This document shows, in pieces, positions 62,635 to 64,000 of a stretch of 64,000 nt of DNA. Numbering within the stretch: the first letter of the stretch is position 1; each line of letters begins with the position of its first letter. The translations under genes were made by a program, and so were the position numbers. The notes under the pieces were generated by a model. That model was not told where the DNA came from, ran no database searches, and worked only from the letters and a program-made list of their open reading frames with translations. Source of the DNA: Rhodosorus marinus CCMP1338 (taxonomy: Eukaryota; Plantae; Rhodophyta); the NCBI GenBank assembly GCA_029953675.1, contig JAMWBK010000003.1, positions 744,001 through 808,000 of the forward strand, given 5' to 3'.

Positions 62635-64000
62635 TCATAACGAAAACGCTGACATCCTTGAAAAGCGTCGAAGCGAGGGTGAACATTGAGTCTCGTACTC
62701 CCCAAGCGCTTCCGGAAGGAGCCCTTCCAGCGTCGTGATTCGCCTATCGTCGGCGGGATGAGTGCTCAGGTACTCTGGAATCTGTGGGGGAAGCGCAAGA
62801 CCAAGTCAGACGTATGAAGCATGCTGTACAGCCCACAGCTGCATGAGTAGAAAGCAACGCCTTGCCTTCATCGGATTTTGTTTCGCGTATTCTCCGAGCT
62901 TGGTGAAAATTGCTGGACTTCCACGTGGATCATAGCAAGCTTTCGTCATTAGTCGCAAACCAATATAGTCCGCCTCCATCTCGTTCCTTCTCGAAGATGG
63001 AAGTACTACGAACAGGTTCACCAGAATATCATTGAGTATGTAGGTATCCAGGACGAACGCCATCAGCAATCGAACCGGAATTAATATGAACATTTTGGAA
63101 ACTTGCTCCGCGCTATGTCGTGCCACGGCGTGACCAACTCTGGAGCAAATGGGACAGGCAATGATTTGTTAAGTATGTTTCGCATGCATCAACCTGAATC
63201 TTAGGACTGCGCTAAGCCTACTCATGTGCCAGTACGGCCGCGAGCTCATCATCGGTATCTACAAGGTCCAGCATGCCGGTGAAAACACCGATCTTCCCTC
63301 CAGGCAGGCAAAATGCATTCGGCTAAGGTGAACGCGAAAGAACTATTCAGTATCGAAAGAACAGAAGTTCCAGCTAGTTCTTCTCCGGTTCAACGTACTT
63401 CAGCTCTCTCGAAAACGACAAACTCCCAGTCATAGTCCTCTTGCTCTGAGACGCTGGCAATTCTTCTACCTATTCTCTCCACGCGCCTTGACGGGGGGCT
63501 AGCTTGGCTCAAGATATGCCCCGTAAACTGATTCTTCAGCTGATTGAACTGGGATTCGCCTAACTTGAGTTCATCTTCCCTCCTCATGTCAATCATTCGA
63601 CGTCGATTCTGCGTGCACCGATGAGGGAGGAGCTCGTCTCAGCGTTTCTCCACTGAACAATAGTGCTTTCCGTAGTTGCTAGAGCCCTGCTACGAACCGT
63701 GTAAGGGACATTTTCCAAGTGACCTCGATAGTAGCTGTAACATCCAGCAGCAGTCACACCCTGTTCATCAACGAGAAAATAAAGATGAGCAGACAGTCTA
63801 GCGAGTCAAGGTCTCCAGAAGATGAAGAGCTCACCAGCAGAACTTGGTTTCGAGGTTTCCGAAACGAGTACACGAAATCAACCAATCGCTGAGTGCGGCT
63901 TCGGTGCGTCTTGAAGTGTCGGTAGCCCATCCTTCAATCTCGACCGAGATTAGTTGACCGCGAGAGCGTCGAGTTGTTGCCCTGCGCACCACAAAGCCGC
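62635..64000 (-). CDS. OMA1: Peptidase M48, OMA1-like mitochondrial metalloprotease, multi-exon; 5' end at ATG 63930 or beyond the window
   Basis: ENVPYT, WEFVVF, NAFCLPGGKI, AAVLAHE|VGHAVARH (HExxH), SRRNEMEADYIGL, ACYDPR, PEYLSTHP. Confidence 0.92.

Overview
Gene-dense eukaryotic nuclear DNA with short GT-AG introns. MAFV/xGFV-type plastid transit peptides and a plant-type malic enzyme point to an intron-rich red alga (inference). About 20 protein genes can be assembled by hand: RPB10, a bacterial-type atypical SDR, a PHR2-like photolyase, an SMP-C2-C2-PLAT protein, SRP54, PPAT, a Glo3-type ArfGAP, GMP synthase, a TEX264-like protein, a small plastid PPR protein, mitochondrial NAD-malic enzyme, DUF711, a hydrophobic-hairpin protein, a START/DUF2505-like protein, glycine cleavage T, a CPBP protease, an RLP7-like uL30, an FKBP62-like protein, a small plastid protein, cofilin and OMA1. 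The best non-obvious signal is a box C/D snoRNA at 5935-6024 (minus strand). Its 13-nt guide is the exact complement of the LSU rRNA peptidyl-transferase sequence ACAGGGAUAACUG (snR38/SNORD1 type, yeast Gm2815), and it lies in an intron of an apparently non-coding spliced host transcript. Intergenic space holds decayed Ty3/gypsy and Ty1/copia relics, an RLE-type non-LTR retroelement relic, an 81-bp CRISPR-mimicking tandem array, a ~166-bp satellite with possible higher-order structure, and a perfect 170-bp duplication. All calls come from manual reading and recalled family motifs. No database searches were run, and exon boundaries are hand-inferred.
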